From: an uncultured bacterium
GTDB taxonomy: Bacteria > Chloroflexota > UBA5177 > JANWHV01
Direction: 5' to 3'
NCBI GenBank assembly: GCA_963827235.1
Contig: CAWHAE010000012.1
Coordinates: forward strand, 1,184,001 to 1,248,000
Length of the DNA stretch: 64,000 bases
The notes below the pieces were generated by a model. That model made no database searches. It was not told where the DNA came from and saw nothing but the letters and a program-made list of their open reading frames with translations. This document shows, one piece after another, positions 1 through 9,462 of the stretch (positions are counted from its first letter, which is position 1; every line of letters begins with the position of its first letter). Made by a program: the position numbers and the translations under genes.

Positions 1-897
1 TGCGCTGGTCGAGCGCGCACTGCTCACGCCATAAACCTGCAGCGCGTAGGTGCCCGGTCCCAGATCCGCGGGCACCGGTAGCTTCGCCGACCCGAATCCG
101 CCGTTCGCATCGGCCGAGACGACGACCGTGCTCGTGCCGCCGTTCAGAAAGATCTGCACGGCCTCATCCGGCTTGAAACCGGATCCGCTCACGCTGAGAC
201 TCGTGCCGGACACGACCGGCGACGGGGTCACGGCGATAGCAAGCGCCGCGGCGGGCGCGGCGACATGGAAGATCTGCACGCCAAAGAGGCCGCTCTGGCT
301 TCCCTGGACATAGACGTGATGCAGGCCAACGCCCACACCCGCCGGGATGGGCACATTCACGGTGAGCCCACCCTGGCTGTCGGCCACGGCGGTGAAGCTC
401 ACGCCGTTGGGCGCGCTTACCGTCACGGTCTCACCGGGCTGGAATCCGGCGGCGACCAGCGGCAGCGAGCCCCCTGCCGTGGCACTCGTCTGAGTCAGGT
501 TGAGCTGCACCGGGTTGGCCTGGATAGGCGCCCATGGCCAGACAAGGCCGCCGGCGACGGTGTGCAGACTCAGCACGGTGCCGTTCGCAAGCGTGTCGAC
601 CGTGCCCGCGTCGAGGCTGATAATCGTGGACGAATCGTATTCCAGCGCGCTGAACGTGGCGGCCGAATCGATCCAGTGCCGCTCCTGGGCCCAGACCACG
701 TAGACCCTGCCGGAGGTCGTATCACGAATCAGAGTGCCGTCGGGCAGCTGCAGCGCAGAAGCCACCGCGGTCGCAGGGGCGGCATGCGCCGGCAGGCCAA
801 GCAGGCCGGGCAAGAAGAGCACGACGCACAGGACAATCGCCGCCAGGCGCAGGGCAGATCGCGTGCCCCGACTGGCGTGGGCTATGAGCGTAGACAT
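1..897 (-). CDS. Secreted/cell-surface protein with Ig-like repeats (runs off the window edge, 3' partial)
   Basis: Read manually; absent from the ORF track. ATG at 897 follows GGAGGAGG. Translation: MSTLIAHASRGTRSALRLAAIVLCVVLFLPGLLGLPAHA (signal peptide), then LPDGTLIRDTTSGRVYVVWAQERHWIDSAATFSALEY, then beta-rich repeats (AAGFQPGETVTV, GSGFKPDEAVQI) like the neighbouring gene. Confidence 0.8.
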   Translation of the reverse strand, partial: MSTLIAHASRGTRSALRLAAIVLCVVLFLPGLLGLPAHAAPATAVASALQLPDGTLIRDTTSGRVYVVWAQERHWIDSAATFSALEYDSSTIISLDAGTVDTLANGTVLSLHTVAGGLVWPWAPIQANPVQLNLTQTSATAGGSLPLVAAGFQPGETVTVSAPNGVSFTAVADSQGGLTVNVPIPAGVGVGLHHVYVQGSQSGLFGVQIFHVAAPAAALAIAVTPSPVVSGTSLSVSGSGFKPDEAVQIFLNGGTSTVVVSADANGGFGSAKLPVPADLGPGTYALQVYGVSSARSTSA

Positions 898-930
898 GTA
901 GTCCTCCTCCTGAGAAATCACTCTCAGGCT

Positions 931-1019
931 TGACCCAGGGCACGACGCTGCTGCGCGCCATGCCCTGGTTGCCGATCTCGGATCTGACCCAGGGCACGAC
1001 GCTACTGCGCCACGCCCTG
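931..1019. repeat. Tandem pair of REP-like imperfect hairpins between the two surface-protein genes
   Basis: tgacccagggcacgacgct(g/a)ctgcgc occurs at 931 and 985. Each unit folds (cagggc...gccctg). The second copy overlaps the stop codon of the upstream gene. Confidence 0.6.
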
Positions 1020-3917
1020 CGTGCTTGTCGCCTGCTGTGCAGTGCTATTCAGCTCGGATTGCTCGGCCAGGAAAACCTGGTTGTTGGTGCTCTTGAGCAC
1101 CGCGCCGTAACGACCCGTCGCCAGACCGGAAACCGTGTTCACGTTCAGCACCGTGTCGCCGTTGGGCGCCAGCGTCAGATCTTGGGAGGCCGTTGCCCCC
1201 GACTCGGTATAGAACGTGGCGTGGATGGTAGCAGCCTTCAGACCGGGATTGAACAGGAAGAGCTGGGACTGGGTGCCGCCGGCCGTGCTGCCGCCTGGGA
1301 AGGCCCAGGAGAGCCCGCCGCCGTTGCAGCCAAAGATCACGCTGCCCGAGCGTGCCAGAGACAGGTTCGCCGGCCCATTGTAGACCGGTCGCTCCACCAC
1401 CACCGGCACGTTGCTGGTCAGGATGGTAGCCACCTGAGCATTGGGGAGCACGTCGTTGAGCTTGATGTTGCCCCGGTGCAGCGGGTTGACGACGATCGTC
1501 TTGGTCCCCACCGGCTTGCCCGTGCTGTCATAGAAGGTCGCGGTCACCGCGGCAGGCGCGGCTTGATTGGGGTTCAGGATGGTGAAGAAGGTCTGGCGGT
1601 CCCCGGCGCTCTGGCCCTGGGCGAACAGCCAGACCGTCGAGGCGCTGGTGGCGCCAATCTTGTCGTGGGCGCCTCGCCCGCCCGCGCCGAAGCGCATGGT
1701 GCGCTCCACCACCACGTCCTGGTCGGCGGTGACGATGGCGCTGATGGACTGGCCGGGCATGTACTGGCCGGCGTCAATGGTGATGTTCGAGCGCGGTTGC
1801 ATCACGAAGCGCACCTCGCGCGCCGGACGATCGTTGAAGGGCAGGAAACGCACGTCGATAGTGGCGAAGGTCGTGGCCGGGTTCATCACCTCCAGCTGCT
1901 CGCGGAAGCTGCCGTTGGTGTAGCCCTCCGCCAGGTACCAGGTCCGGGCCGGCCCCGGGGCGCCCAGGGCGACGGTCGCATCACCCGAGCCGTAGGTAAC
2001 GCTGCTCTCGGCACTGATCTGGCGGTCGGCCTCCAGGATGGTGGAGACGTGCCGGCCCGGCCCGGCCGTCTGCGCCAGGTCGACCGATGCCACGCTGTGC
2101 GCCGGCACCGTCTGGCTGTAGCTGCGCTGCGGCCCATCCTGATAGAGGAATGTCATCTTCACCAGGGCTTGGGCATCGCCTGGGTTGAGCATCGAGATAG
2201 TGGTCCGATTGTTGCCGGTGGTGTCGCCGTTGGCGAAGTACCAGCGGGTGGCGACGGGCAGGATCGCCGTCACGTTGACCGAGCTGCTCGCCCGGCTGCT
2301 GACGCCGCTGGCGATCACGATATTGGTGCCGCTGATCACCGTGGCAGGCACCACGACGCTGGCGCTGAAATGGCCGTTGCTATCGGCCAAGACCGTGGTG
2401 GGCGTGGTGAGCAGAGCCGACCCGTTGAGCGCCAGCACAATCTGCTCGCCCGGGGCGAACCCGCTTCCCTGCACGCTCACCGTGGCACCGGGCGAGAGGA
2501 TGCCCGTGGAGAGCGCGAGGTGAGGGGTCAGGAGAGCCACCTTGGTGTCGATGGCGGCGACCTTCGCGCCCCCAACCAGCGCTTGCAGCGTGTAGGAGCC
2601 CGCGGCCGTGTTCGCGGGGATAGTGATACCCACGGGACCGAGGGCGCCTTTGCTCGTGGCGCCGATCGTGGCGAGCTTCAGGGTGCCCCCAGCGCCGACC
2701 AGGGCGATGGTCACCTGGGCGCCGGCCGGGAAGTTGCTGCCCGCGAGCTGTGCCAGTCCACCGGGGCTCACGAGGTAGGGCGTGCCGGCGACGTGCGTGG
2801 TGTCGAGGATACTGAGGATCGGCGCCGCCGGTGGCGGGGCCTGCACGGTAAGCGCAGCGGTCGCCGAGCGCCCGCTCGTTTGCCCCAAGCCGGCCAGGGT
2901 GAAGGACCCGGAGGGTACGAGGCTGGGGATCACCAGCTTCTCGATGGTGAACGCGCCCACGGTATTGGCCACGATGGTGGCCAGCGTCAAGGGCGCCAGC
3001 GTCCCACCGGTCAACCGAATCGAGATGGTCTCACCGGGGACGAAGCCCTTGCCCGAAACTTTGAGACTGTCGCCCGCCTTGACGGACCCGCTGCCTAGAG
3101 TCAGACCGGCCGGCAGCGCCCCGATGGCGATCTGGGCCGTGCTGCTCAGGTGGCTGGTGGCGCCGGTGGCGACCACGCTGAGCGTGCCTTCGGGCGTGTT
3201 CGCAGGTACCGTCGCATTCAGGCTGAAGGAGCCCGAGGTATTGGCCCGAGCGGAGCCCAGCTTGGTGCTGCTGGCCAGGGCCACCAGGTCGACTCTCACG
3301 ATTTCGCCGGGCTGGAAGTGGGTGCCGCTGATCGTGATCGCATTGCCCGGCTTGGCGGAGGTGGGAGTGATGCCCAGCGTGGCGGCCAGCGCATGGATCG
3401 TGACCGGCACCGTCGCCTGTCGTCCGGACTTTTGGCCGAAGGCGACCAGCATGACCTGCCCCGCCGGGGCGTTGAACGGCACCTGGATGGTCTTCGGTCC
3501 GAAGCTACCCGACGTGCCGGCCTGGGTGTGCCAGATCGGCACGGACACCGAGCCGGACAGCGTAACCAGGCTGACGGTGATAGCTTCGCCCACGACGAAC
3601 CCTGTTCCGTGGACCGTGATGGTGTCTCCGGTGGCGAAGGTGGTTGGACTGCTGCTGACGGTGGCGGTGGGAGTCAGCACTGCCGTGGTCGTGGGGGTCA
3701 GCACCGCCGTGGCCGTGGCGGTCAACTCCCCTGTGGCCTGCACCGCGAGGGGCATCTGCGCCTGTGCACCGATCTGCGCGACGACAGGAGAGGCAGTGCC
3801 TCCGGCAGCGCGCGCAGATGGGGTGAGGCCTGTCGCGCCAACGCCCGCCGGTGCGACACACAGGAGCAGGACTGCGAAGATAGTAATCCGCGCGAGGATC
3901 GAGGAATGCGATCGCAT
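1002..3917 (-). CDS. Large secreted protein: Ig-like repeats plus C-terminal DUF5719-like repeats
   Basis: AAGGAGG RBS before ATG 3917. Signal peptide, Thr-rich linker, about five GxGFxPGExI/V repeats, then W(Y/L/A)(F/L)(A/P)xG repeats (RWYFANG, TWYLAEG, VWLFAQG, SWAFPGG) followed by LxNP. Confidence 0.8.
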   Translation of the reverse strand: MRSHSSILARITIFAVLLLCVAPAGVGATGLTPSARAAGGTASPVVAQIGAQAQMPLAVQATGELTATATAVLTPTTTAVLTPTATVSSSPTTFATGDTITVHGTGFVVGEAITVSLVTLSGSVSVPIWHTQAGTSGSFGPKTIQVPFNAPAGQVMLVAFGQKSGRQATVPVTIHALAATLGITPTSAKPGNAITISGTHFQPGEIVRVDLVALASSTKLGSARANTSGSFSLNATVPANTPEGTLSVVATGATSHLSSTAQIAIGALPAGLTLGSGSVKAGDSLKVSGKGFVPGETISIRLTGGTLAPLTLATIVANTVGAFTIEKLVIPSLVPSGSFTLAGLGQTSGRSATAALTVQAPPPAAPILSILDTTHVAGTPYLVSPGGLAQLAGSNFPAGAQVTIALVGAGGTLKLATIGATSKGALGPVGITIPANTAAGSYTLQALVGGAKVAAIDTKVALLTPHLALSTGILSPGATVSVQGSGFAPGEQIVLALNGSALLTTPTTVLADSNGHFSASVVVPATVISGTNIVIASGVSSRASSSVNVTAILPVATRWYFANGDTTGNNRTTISMLNPGDAQALVKMTFLYQDGPQRSYSQTVPAHSVASVDLAQTAGPGRHVSTILEADRQISAESSVTYGSGDATVALGAPGPARTWYLAEGYTNGSFREQLEVMNPATTFATIDVRFLPFNDRPAREVRFVMQPRSNITIDAGQYMPGQSISAIVTADQDVVVERTMRFGAGGRGAHDKIGATSASTVWLFAQGQSAGDRQTFFTILNPNQAAPAAVTATFYDSTGKPVGTKTIVVNPLHRGNIKLNDVLPNAQVATILTSNVPVVVERPVYNGPANLSLARSGSVIFGCNGGGLSWAFPGGSTAGGTQSQLFLFNPGLKAATIHATFYTESGATASQDLTLAPNGDTVLNVNTVSGLATGRYGAVLKSTNNQVFLAEQSELNSTAQQATSTQGVAQ

Positions 3918-4250
3918 GTGTTCCTCCTTGCAGCAGAGCAAGAGGCACTTGCTGCACTAGTGCTGACCGCCATGCCAAGCCATGCCGGCTCGAGCATGAG
4001 ATCCGATGCTGCCGACCTGGTCAACGCCCTCGAGGCATAGGGGAGGGCGCTCTGGGTGAAAGGCACGTCTGCCGAGCTCACCGGCAACCCAACCTGGGAA
4101 TCATCACTCTCTGAGCAACGCCTTGATGAGGCGAGCCGTGGGTGCCGACCGGGAACACTCCGACCCGAAGTTCAGATTTTACTTTGAACTACCTCATTCA
4201 ATACGAAGCCATTATATCACCATCTTCGTCATATGAACAGAGTAAATTCA

Positions 4251-4259
4251 TGTTATAAT
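4251..4259 (+). promoter_or_regulatory. Extended -10 promoter (TGnTATAAT) upstream of the GlsB/YmgE gene
   Basis: tgttataat lies in an AT-rich divergent intergenic region. Confidence 0.5.
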
Positions 4260-4445
4260 CGTGATTGAAGGAGGTGTTGTCGGCCTAGATCGGTGAAAGA
4301 GAGGATCATGCACCGGTGACGCAACGAGATGCAGCGATAAGGACGCGGCGAGACGCCGGGGATGACGACGAGGTTGCCCGGCAACACGCCGCACAGCACA
4401 GGATGACGTGAGACGCAGAGACAGGTAGGCGAAGGAGGAGACGCA

Positions 4446-4730
4446 GTGTTCGCCACAATAGTGCTTCAACCCGGCGGGATCGTAGCCTGGGTCGTGGTCG
4501 GCCTTCTGGCCGGCTGGCTGGCGAGCCACGTGATGGGCTCGGGCTATGGACTGGTCGGCGATCTGGTTCTCGGCTTGCTGGGGGCCGTGATCGGTGGCTT
4601 CATCGTGGGCGGGCTCACCACGGGCACGTATGGTCTGGCCGGCAGTGTCGGCGTCGCCTTCATCGGCGGCGTGATCGTGGTGGCGGCATCGCGCCTGGTG
4701 GCGCGCGGCCACGCGGGAGCGCGCATTTGA
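4446..4730 (+). CDS. GlsB/YeaQ/YmgE family (transglycosylase-associated) stress membrane protein
   Basis: 94 aa with three hydrophobic Gly-rich helices, including WVVVGLLAGWLASHVM and GLVGDLVLGLLGAVIGG. AGGAGG RBS. Confidence 0.9.
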   Translation: MFATIVLQPGGIVAWVVVGLLAGWLASHVMGSGYGLVGDLVLGLLGAVIGGFIVGGLTTGTYGLAGSVGVAFIGGVIVVAASRLVARGHAGARI

Positions 4731-4742
4731 CGCCGTTAGGAT

Positions 4743-4786
4743 CCGGCTGCTCGAGAGATAGGCTGGCCTATCTCTCGAGCAGCCGG
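4743..4786. terminator. Perfect 21-bp inverted repeat between convergent genes (probable bidirectional terminator)
   Basis: ccggctgctcgagagataggc-tg-gcctatctctcgagcagccgg, starting 13 nt after the glsB-like stop. Confidence 0.65.
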
Positions 4787-4956
4787 GTCACGATCGCACA
4801 TGCCACGAGACGAAAGGCGGTCCGGCCTCGGCCGCGTACTCCGCCGCCTTGTCTATCAGGTGGGCAAGGATCTCAGGGTGAGCGGTGTCCGCGGCTCGTG
4901 GCTGCCTGTGCATTCCAGGATGGCTGTAGTCACGGACAAGATGGTGAGCCGAGTGT

Positions 4957-5463
4957 TCAGCCGAGCTTGTCGCGCTGGGCGTCCACCACGTGCGCGTCCA
5001 CGGTGATCAAGTCTTGACCCACGCCGACGATGGCATTGGCCGGCACTGTGAACTGTGGCGCGCGGTGAAAGAAGCCGGAGCCCTCGGACGCGGTCACCAG
5101 ATAGGCAGTGATCTGTCCGGTGGCGGGGTCGATGTCGGCACCCGACAAGGTGCCGATCAGGTTACCTGTATCGGTCACGATCTTGGTTCCTCGAAGTGAG
5201 GAAAGACGCGTTCCGTAGACCTCACCGGCGCTGCCTGCTTCACGCGTCGCATTCACTGTCTCATCGACCATCACGGCATCCTGGCCAACGGACCGCACTT
5301 CCGACCACGGAACAAGCGGCCCGCCATGGAACAGTCCACCATGCAACAGCAGAGCGCCGAGACGATGTTGCGGCAGGTCGAGGAGGACATCCTCGATCGC
5401 GCCAAGCTTGTCGGCCTGCGGCACGCTGACCACCGCCACGCCCTTTAGCTGATCGGCCTGCAT
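4957..5463 (-). CDS. PRC-barrel domain protein (two PRC barrels)
   Basis: LKGVAVVS...KLGAIEDVLLD...VPWSEVRSVGQDAVMV, and LRGTKIVTDTGNLIGTLSGADID...VGVGQDLITV. AAGGAG RBS. Confidence 0.85.
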   Translation of the reverse strand: MQADQLKGVAVVSVPQADKLGAIEDVLLDLPQHRLGALLLHGGLFHGGPLVPWSEVRSVGQDAVMVDETVNATREAGSAGEVYGTRLSSLRGTKIVTDTGNLIGTLSGADIDPATGQITAYLVTASEGSGFFHRAPQFTVPANAIVGVGQDLITVDAHVVDAQRDKLG

Positions 5464-5747
5464 CGCTGTCTCCTTTACCTCCACAGGTCCGCCTGGCGTA
5501 GAAGGCGCACCTCGGATCTATGCACAGTATGGGCCAGGATGGCGCTGGCGTCAACCATAGAGGCACGGAACTCCGTCTATCCGGAGAGAAGACCGAGGAA
5601 CACCTCGCGTAGTGGTGAGTTAGTTCAAGTAATAGTGTCGAGCAAGCACCGGTCAAAGCCCAGCCGAGCGTCGCCCAGTGGCCGGCGTCGCTCTAGCTGC
5701 AATACGGTCCAGATAAGCGGGAAACAGTCCCGGCCCACAGGACGGGC

Positions 5748-5855
5748 GGGCTGAAGCCCACGCTTGGCGACACCCGCAAGCGGGTCCCCGGAGGCTCCCC
5801 GCGCTGAAGCGCGGGGCATCAGGAGGATCGGCATCGCGCTGAAGCGCGGGGCATC
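5748..5855. repeat. Cluster of REP-like hairpins with a GCTGAAGC core
   Basis: gggctgaagccc (5748) and ccccgcgctgaagcgcgggg (5797). cgcgctgaagcgcggggcatc is directly repeated at 5800 and 5835. Confidence 0.65.
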
Positions 5856-5913
5856 CAGCCCGCGGCAGAAGCACGATTAGCCGCATTTCCGCCTTAGCTG
5901 GACGGTATTGGCT

Positions 5914-7161
5914 CTAGGTGAAGAGGCGTAGAGGCATCAAAAGGCGCTCGCCCAGCTTGTCCGACCACCGGCGTGCAGACCAGTCCTCCGGCGACAGCTC
6001 GGCGGCGTTGGTCTTATCATGCTCGAACAGGTCGTCCATCTGCTGTGCCAGCTCGTGGCTGTAGATCTCGGCGTTGAGCTCCAGGTTGCCGACCGAGCTC
6101 AAGCGGTCGAGGTTGGCAGTGCCGACCGTGCTCCACTGGCCGTCGATCGTGCAGGTCTTGGCGTGAATCATCGCCTTGTAGCGGAAGATGCGAATGCCGG
6201 CCTCCAGGCAGGTGGTAAACCGGCCCCGAGCCATCCAATCCGCAAGCAGGTGATTCGACCGCCAGGGCAGGAGCACCTGGACGTCAACGCCCCGGCGCGC
6301 CGCGGCAGCGAGCCTGGCAAGCAGCACGCGGTCGGGAATGAAGTACGCATTGGTGAGATGGACGTGGCGCTCCGCCCGGTCGATGGCCGAAATGTACATG
6401 TCGCGGATGGGGAAGGACAGGCGCGCGGCATCGTTATCCTGCGGTACAAACAAGGGATCGAACGCACGCGGATAATGGCGCATGATGTGCTCGGCGGGCG
6501 GAGTCTGGCTGTTCCAGAAGTCCGCAAACAGCTGCGCGAGCTGAGCGGCGGCCGGCCCTTCGGCGCGAAGGTGCGTATCGCGCCACCGTGTGGCGTAGAG
6601 AGCCCCGATGTTGTAGCCGCCGAGAAAGCCGACCTTGCCGTCGACCACGAGCAGCTTGCGGTGCTCCAAGGCGTAGCGGCGCGGGTCGAGCAGGTGCCTG
6701 GGCCGCCGAATGCCCCGGTAGACGAGGGTATGGATCGCGGACGGAAATGCCTTGAAGGCAGCCGGGACCACCAGATTGCCGAACCAGTCGAAGACGATGT
6801 ACACGTCGACACCCTGGGCGGCCTTGCGCGCCAGGCATTGCTTGAACTCCCGGCCAACGACATCGCCTTTCCACAGAAACGACTCCAGGTACACACTCTC
6901 CTTCGCGCCTTCGATGGCCGCGAGCATGGCGGCGTAGAGATCGCGTCCGTAGCTGTAGATCTGGAGAGCGTTATCGCCGGCGCGAACCGGCGGATAGGTT
7001 TGGTGAGGGAAGCCATGAAAAGGTGCGCCGCGTCTGCGACGCGCGGTGCCGATCCGCGACACCGACGCGATGCCGGCGGCCAGCGCCTCGGTCAGGCCGA
7101 AGCGGTGCGAGGCGAACCACGCCATGTCCGCGCCCGCCGCACCCGGCTTCTTGCTGCTCAT
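5914..7161 (-). CDS. cls: Cardiolipin synthase-like phospholipase D family protein
   Basis: Two HKD motifs (HRKLLVVD, HAKTCTID), plus GGYNIG, WRDTHLR, NAYFIPD and VGTANLD. Confidence 0.88.
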   Translation of the reverse strand: MSSKKPGAAGADMAWFASHRFGLTEALAAGIASVSRIGTARRRRGAPFHGFPHQTYPPVRAGDNALQIYSYGRDLYAAMLAAIEGAKESVYLESFLWKGDVVGREFKQCLARKAAQGVDVYIVFDWFGNLVVPAAFKAFPSAIHTLVYRGIRRPRHLLDPRRYALEHRKLLVVDGKVGFLGGYNIGALYATRWRDTHLRAEGPAAAQLAQLFADFWNSQTPPAEHIMRHYPRAFDPLFVPQDNDAARLSFPIRDMYISAIDRAERHVHLTNAYFIPDRVLLARLAAAARRGVDVQVLLPWRSNHLLADWMARGRFTTCLEAGIRIFRYKAMIHAKTCTIDGQWSTVGTANLDRLSSVGNLELNAEIYSHELAQQMDDLFEHDKTNAAELSPEDWSARRWSDKLGERLLMPLRLFT

Positions 7162-7528
7162 CGGCTAATCTCCATGCGCATGTGGAGCAAAGGTTCCCGG
7201 CAGGCGGCCGCCCCAGCCGAAGCGTCGCCCATGACGACAATCCGGATCACGCCGTGCATCACATTGAGGTTAGTCGCTTTCCCCCGATTGTGGGGCTCTT
7301 CTCAGTTTGCGTTCGATGGGCGCACCGACCCCATCGCGTTCCTCCTGCATCGAGACGACCGGGCGCACGACCATCGCCGCCCAGTCGGGCATGGATGACG
7401 CGAGTTTGAGGCTCGCGCCACCACGCACAGGCGCAGTATCGCGGAGTTTCTATGAAGTTGTTCAGGTAATCTGATATGCACTTGGCCAATACTCCAGGAT
7501 ATGATTTGAGTATGGGGCACGAAACCGA

Positions 7529-7537
7529 TGCTATAAT
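7529..7537 (+). promoter_or_regulatory. Extended -10 promoter (TGcTATAAT) for KaiC module A
   Basis: tgctataat lies about 60 nt upstream of ATG 7595, in the AT-rich region divergent from cls. Confidence 0.5.
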
Positions 7538-7594
7538 GGGCGCAAGCCCTGCTGGGGTGCCGTGAGTATCCTGATCCTCGGGGAATGTGCTGCT

Positions 7595-7975
7595 ATGGAT
7601 GGTTTCTCCTCCGGGCTGTCGGCCGCCCCCTCCGCGCGGGAGGTGTTCGATATCCTGTGGGAGACAATGGCCGATATCCTTGGCACCGCGGCGACGGCAA
7701 CGCTCTTGCGTCGCGCCGCCAAGCGCGGCATCGCCCGCCATGCTGCGTTGACCGGCGTGAGCATCAGGCAGCAGGATTTGACCTACTCCTATGTGCTGCC
7801 CAGTTCCTGGGAACAGGAGTCAAACCAGCAGGCACTGGACGCGCTGCGCACGCTGGCACTGGAGTTGCGCCCCTTACTGATTGAAATGACCGGACCGGTT
7901 GTGATCAGGCGTCTCGGTCAGGTGGCGGCGCTGTCCACTTTATGGTCCGTCTTGCAGGAGGAGGTTCGGACGTGA
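7595..7975 (+). CDS. Small helical hypothetical protein translationally coupled to the KaiC-like ATPase
   Basis: Open frame containing VFDILWETMADILGTAATATLLRRAAKR...LRPLLIEMTGPVVIRRL. Its TGA overlaps the GTG of kaiC (GTGA). The start could be 7562. Confidence 0.75.
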   Translation: MDGFSSGLSAAPSAREVFDILWETMADILGTAATATLLRRAAKRGIARHAALTGVSIRQQDLTYSYVLPSSWEQESNQQALDALRTLALELRPLLIEMTGPVVIRRLGQVAALSTLWSVLQEEVRT

Positions 7976-9462
7976 GTGCTGGCACGGTGGCGCCATCTAT
8001 CGAGCTCCTGGGTACCGGGAGCGCCGTCCTGGACAGCATTCTGGGCGGTGGTCTGCCTGCGCGCTCAGTAACCGTGATTGCCGGCCAGCCTGGATCCGGC
8101 AAGACGATTTTCGCGCTGCAACTCCAGTTCCATCTGGCGCGCCAGGGCAAGCGTTGCCTGTATTTCACGACCCTGTCGGAGCCCTCGCTCAAGCTGATCC
8201 ACTACATGCAGCTATTCTCCTTCTTCGATCAGCAACTGCTCGATGAGCAAATCCGCTTTGCGGATCTGGGCTCAGCTATTCGCGCCCGGGGAGCGAGCCA
8301 GGCGCTCGCCGAGATCAGCGCGCGGGTGGAACGCGAGGAGCCGGACCTGGTGATCATCGACAGCTTCAAGGCCATCTACGACCTGCTAGGCCCGCCCGGC
8401 GCCGGCCGCACTTTCGTCTACGATCTGGCCGTGTCGATGGCCGGCTGGGGGGCGACCACGCTGCTGGTCGGCGAGTATGCAGCACAGGATATCGTCACGG
8501 CGCCCGAGTTCTCTATTGCCGACGGCATCATTCGCCTGGGCAACCAACCGCAGGAGCTGACTGCCGTGCGGGTGCTGGAGGTGCTCAAGCTGCGCGGCGC
8601 CAATTGCATGACGGGCCAGCACTTCTTCGAGATCACCGAAGATGGGCTGGTTGTCTACCCACGTGTACGCGCCCCAGAGCTCAGCGTGACGGTGCCAGCC
8701 GGCAGCGCCGAGCGTTCCTCGACCGGTATCACCGGACTGGACGAGCTGCTGCATGGCGGTTTGCCGCACCGCAGCTGCACTCTGGTGCAAGGCGGCACCG
8801 GGACAGGGAAGACTCTATTGGCCCTCAGTTTCCTCATCGACGGCGCTGCACGAGGCAAGCGCGGTGTGATATTCACCCTGGAAGAGACGCCCGAGCAACT
8901 CCACGACATCGCCAGGGGCTTCGGCTGGGACCTGCCGGCGTTGGAGGCCCAGGGGTTGGTGCTCGTCCACTACACGTCACCGGTCGAGCTCTCCACCGAC
9001 CGCTTCCTCAATGTAGCCCGAGGGGTCATTCAGGAGTGGCATGCCCAGAGGGCTGTGCTTGACAGTGTCACGAGTGCAGGGATGGGCGTGTCTTCCGAGC
9101 GGCGGTTCAAGGAGCTGATCTATTCCCTGACGAAGCACTTCCGCGCCTTGGGCGTCACGTCGGTCCTCACCATGGAGGTCCCCGAACTGTTCGGTACGTC
9201 GCAGCTGACCGGCCACGGCGTCTCCTCTATCGCGGATAACGTGATCCTCCTGCGGTTCGTCGAGATAGAAGCGCGCTTGGAGCGGGCGATTTCGGTACTC
9301 AAGGCGCGAGGTGTCCACCACGAGATGGAGCTGCGCCGATTCCGCATCACCGATAGCGGCTTCCAGGTTAATGGGCCGTTCACGCACTATCGTGGCGTGC
9401 TGACGGGCGTGCCGACGCTCGCTCCGGCGGGGCCACAGCAGAGCGAATCAGGCGAGCCATGA
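7972..9462 (+). CDS. Double-domain KaiC-like (RAD55/RecA-fold) ATPase, module A
   Basis: Two P-loops (GQPGSGKT, GGTGTGKT), Walker B motifs (LVIIDSF, AVLDSV), EE in the C domain (TLEETP), KxR motifs (VLKLRG, VLKARG), and GVSSIADN at the KaiC S431/T432 position. GGAGG RBS. Confidence 0.92.
   Translation: MSAGTVAPSIELLGTGSAVLDSILGGGLPARSVTVIAGQPGSGKTIFALQLQFHLARQGKRCLYFTTLSEPSLKLIHYMQLFSFFDQQLLDEQIRFADLGSAIRARGASQALAEISARVEREEPDLVIIDSFKAIYDLLGPPGAGRTFVYDLAVSMAGWGATTLLVGEYAAQDIVTAPEFSIADGIIRLGNQPQELTAVRVLEVLKLRGANCMTGQHFFEITEDGLVVYPRVRAPELSVTVPAGSAERSSTGITGLDELLHGGLPHRSCTLVQGGTGTGKTLLALSFLIDGAARGKRGVIFTLEETPEQLHDIARGFGWDLPALEAQGLVLVHYTSPVELSTDRFLNVARGVIQEWHAQRAVLDSVTSAGMGVSSERRFKELIYSLTKHFRALGVTSVLTMEVPELFGTSQLTGHGVSSIADNVILLRFVEIEARLERAISVLKARGVHHEMELRRFRITDSGFQVNGPFTHYRGVLTGVPTLAPAGPQQSESGEP

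Noticed and set aside
931-1019. CRISPR array (also considered at 5748-5855)
   Set aside because: There are only two or three imperfect units, no regular unique spacers and no cas genes.
930-3960. Long plus-strand ORFs 930-3098 and 2782-3960, and similar antisense ORFs (6019-7398, 23852-25822, 28594-29877, 44908-47235, 51942-53459)
   Set aside because: These are GC-rich shadow ORFs opposite well-supported genes, with no family motifs.
3920-4200. c-di-AMP or other riboswitch in the surface-protein leader
   Set aside because: I could not match conserved riboswitch motifs by eye. An Infernal search would be needed.
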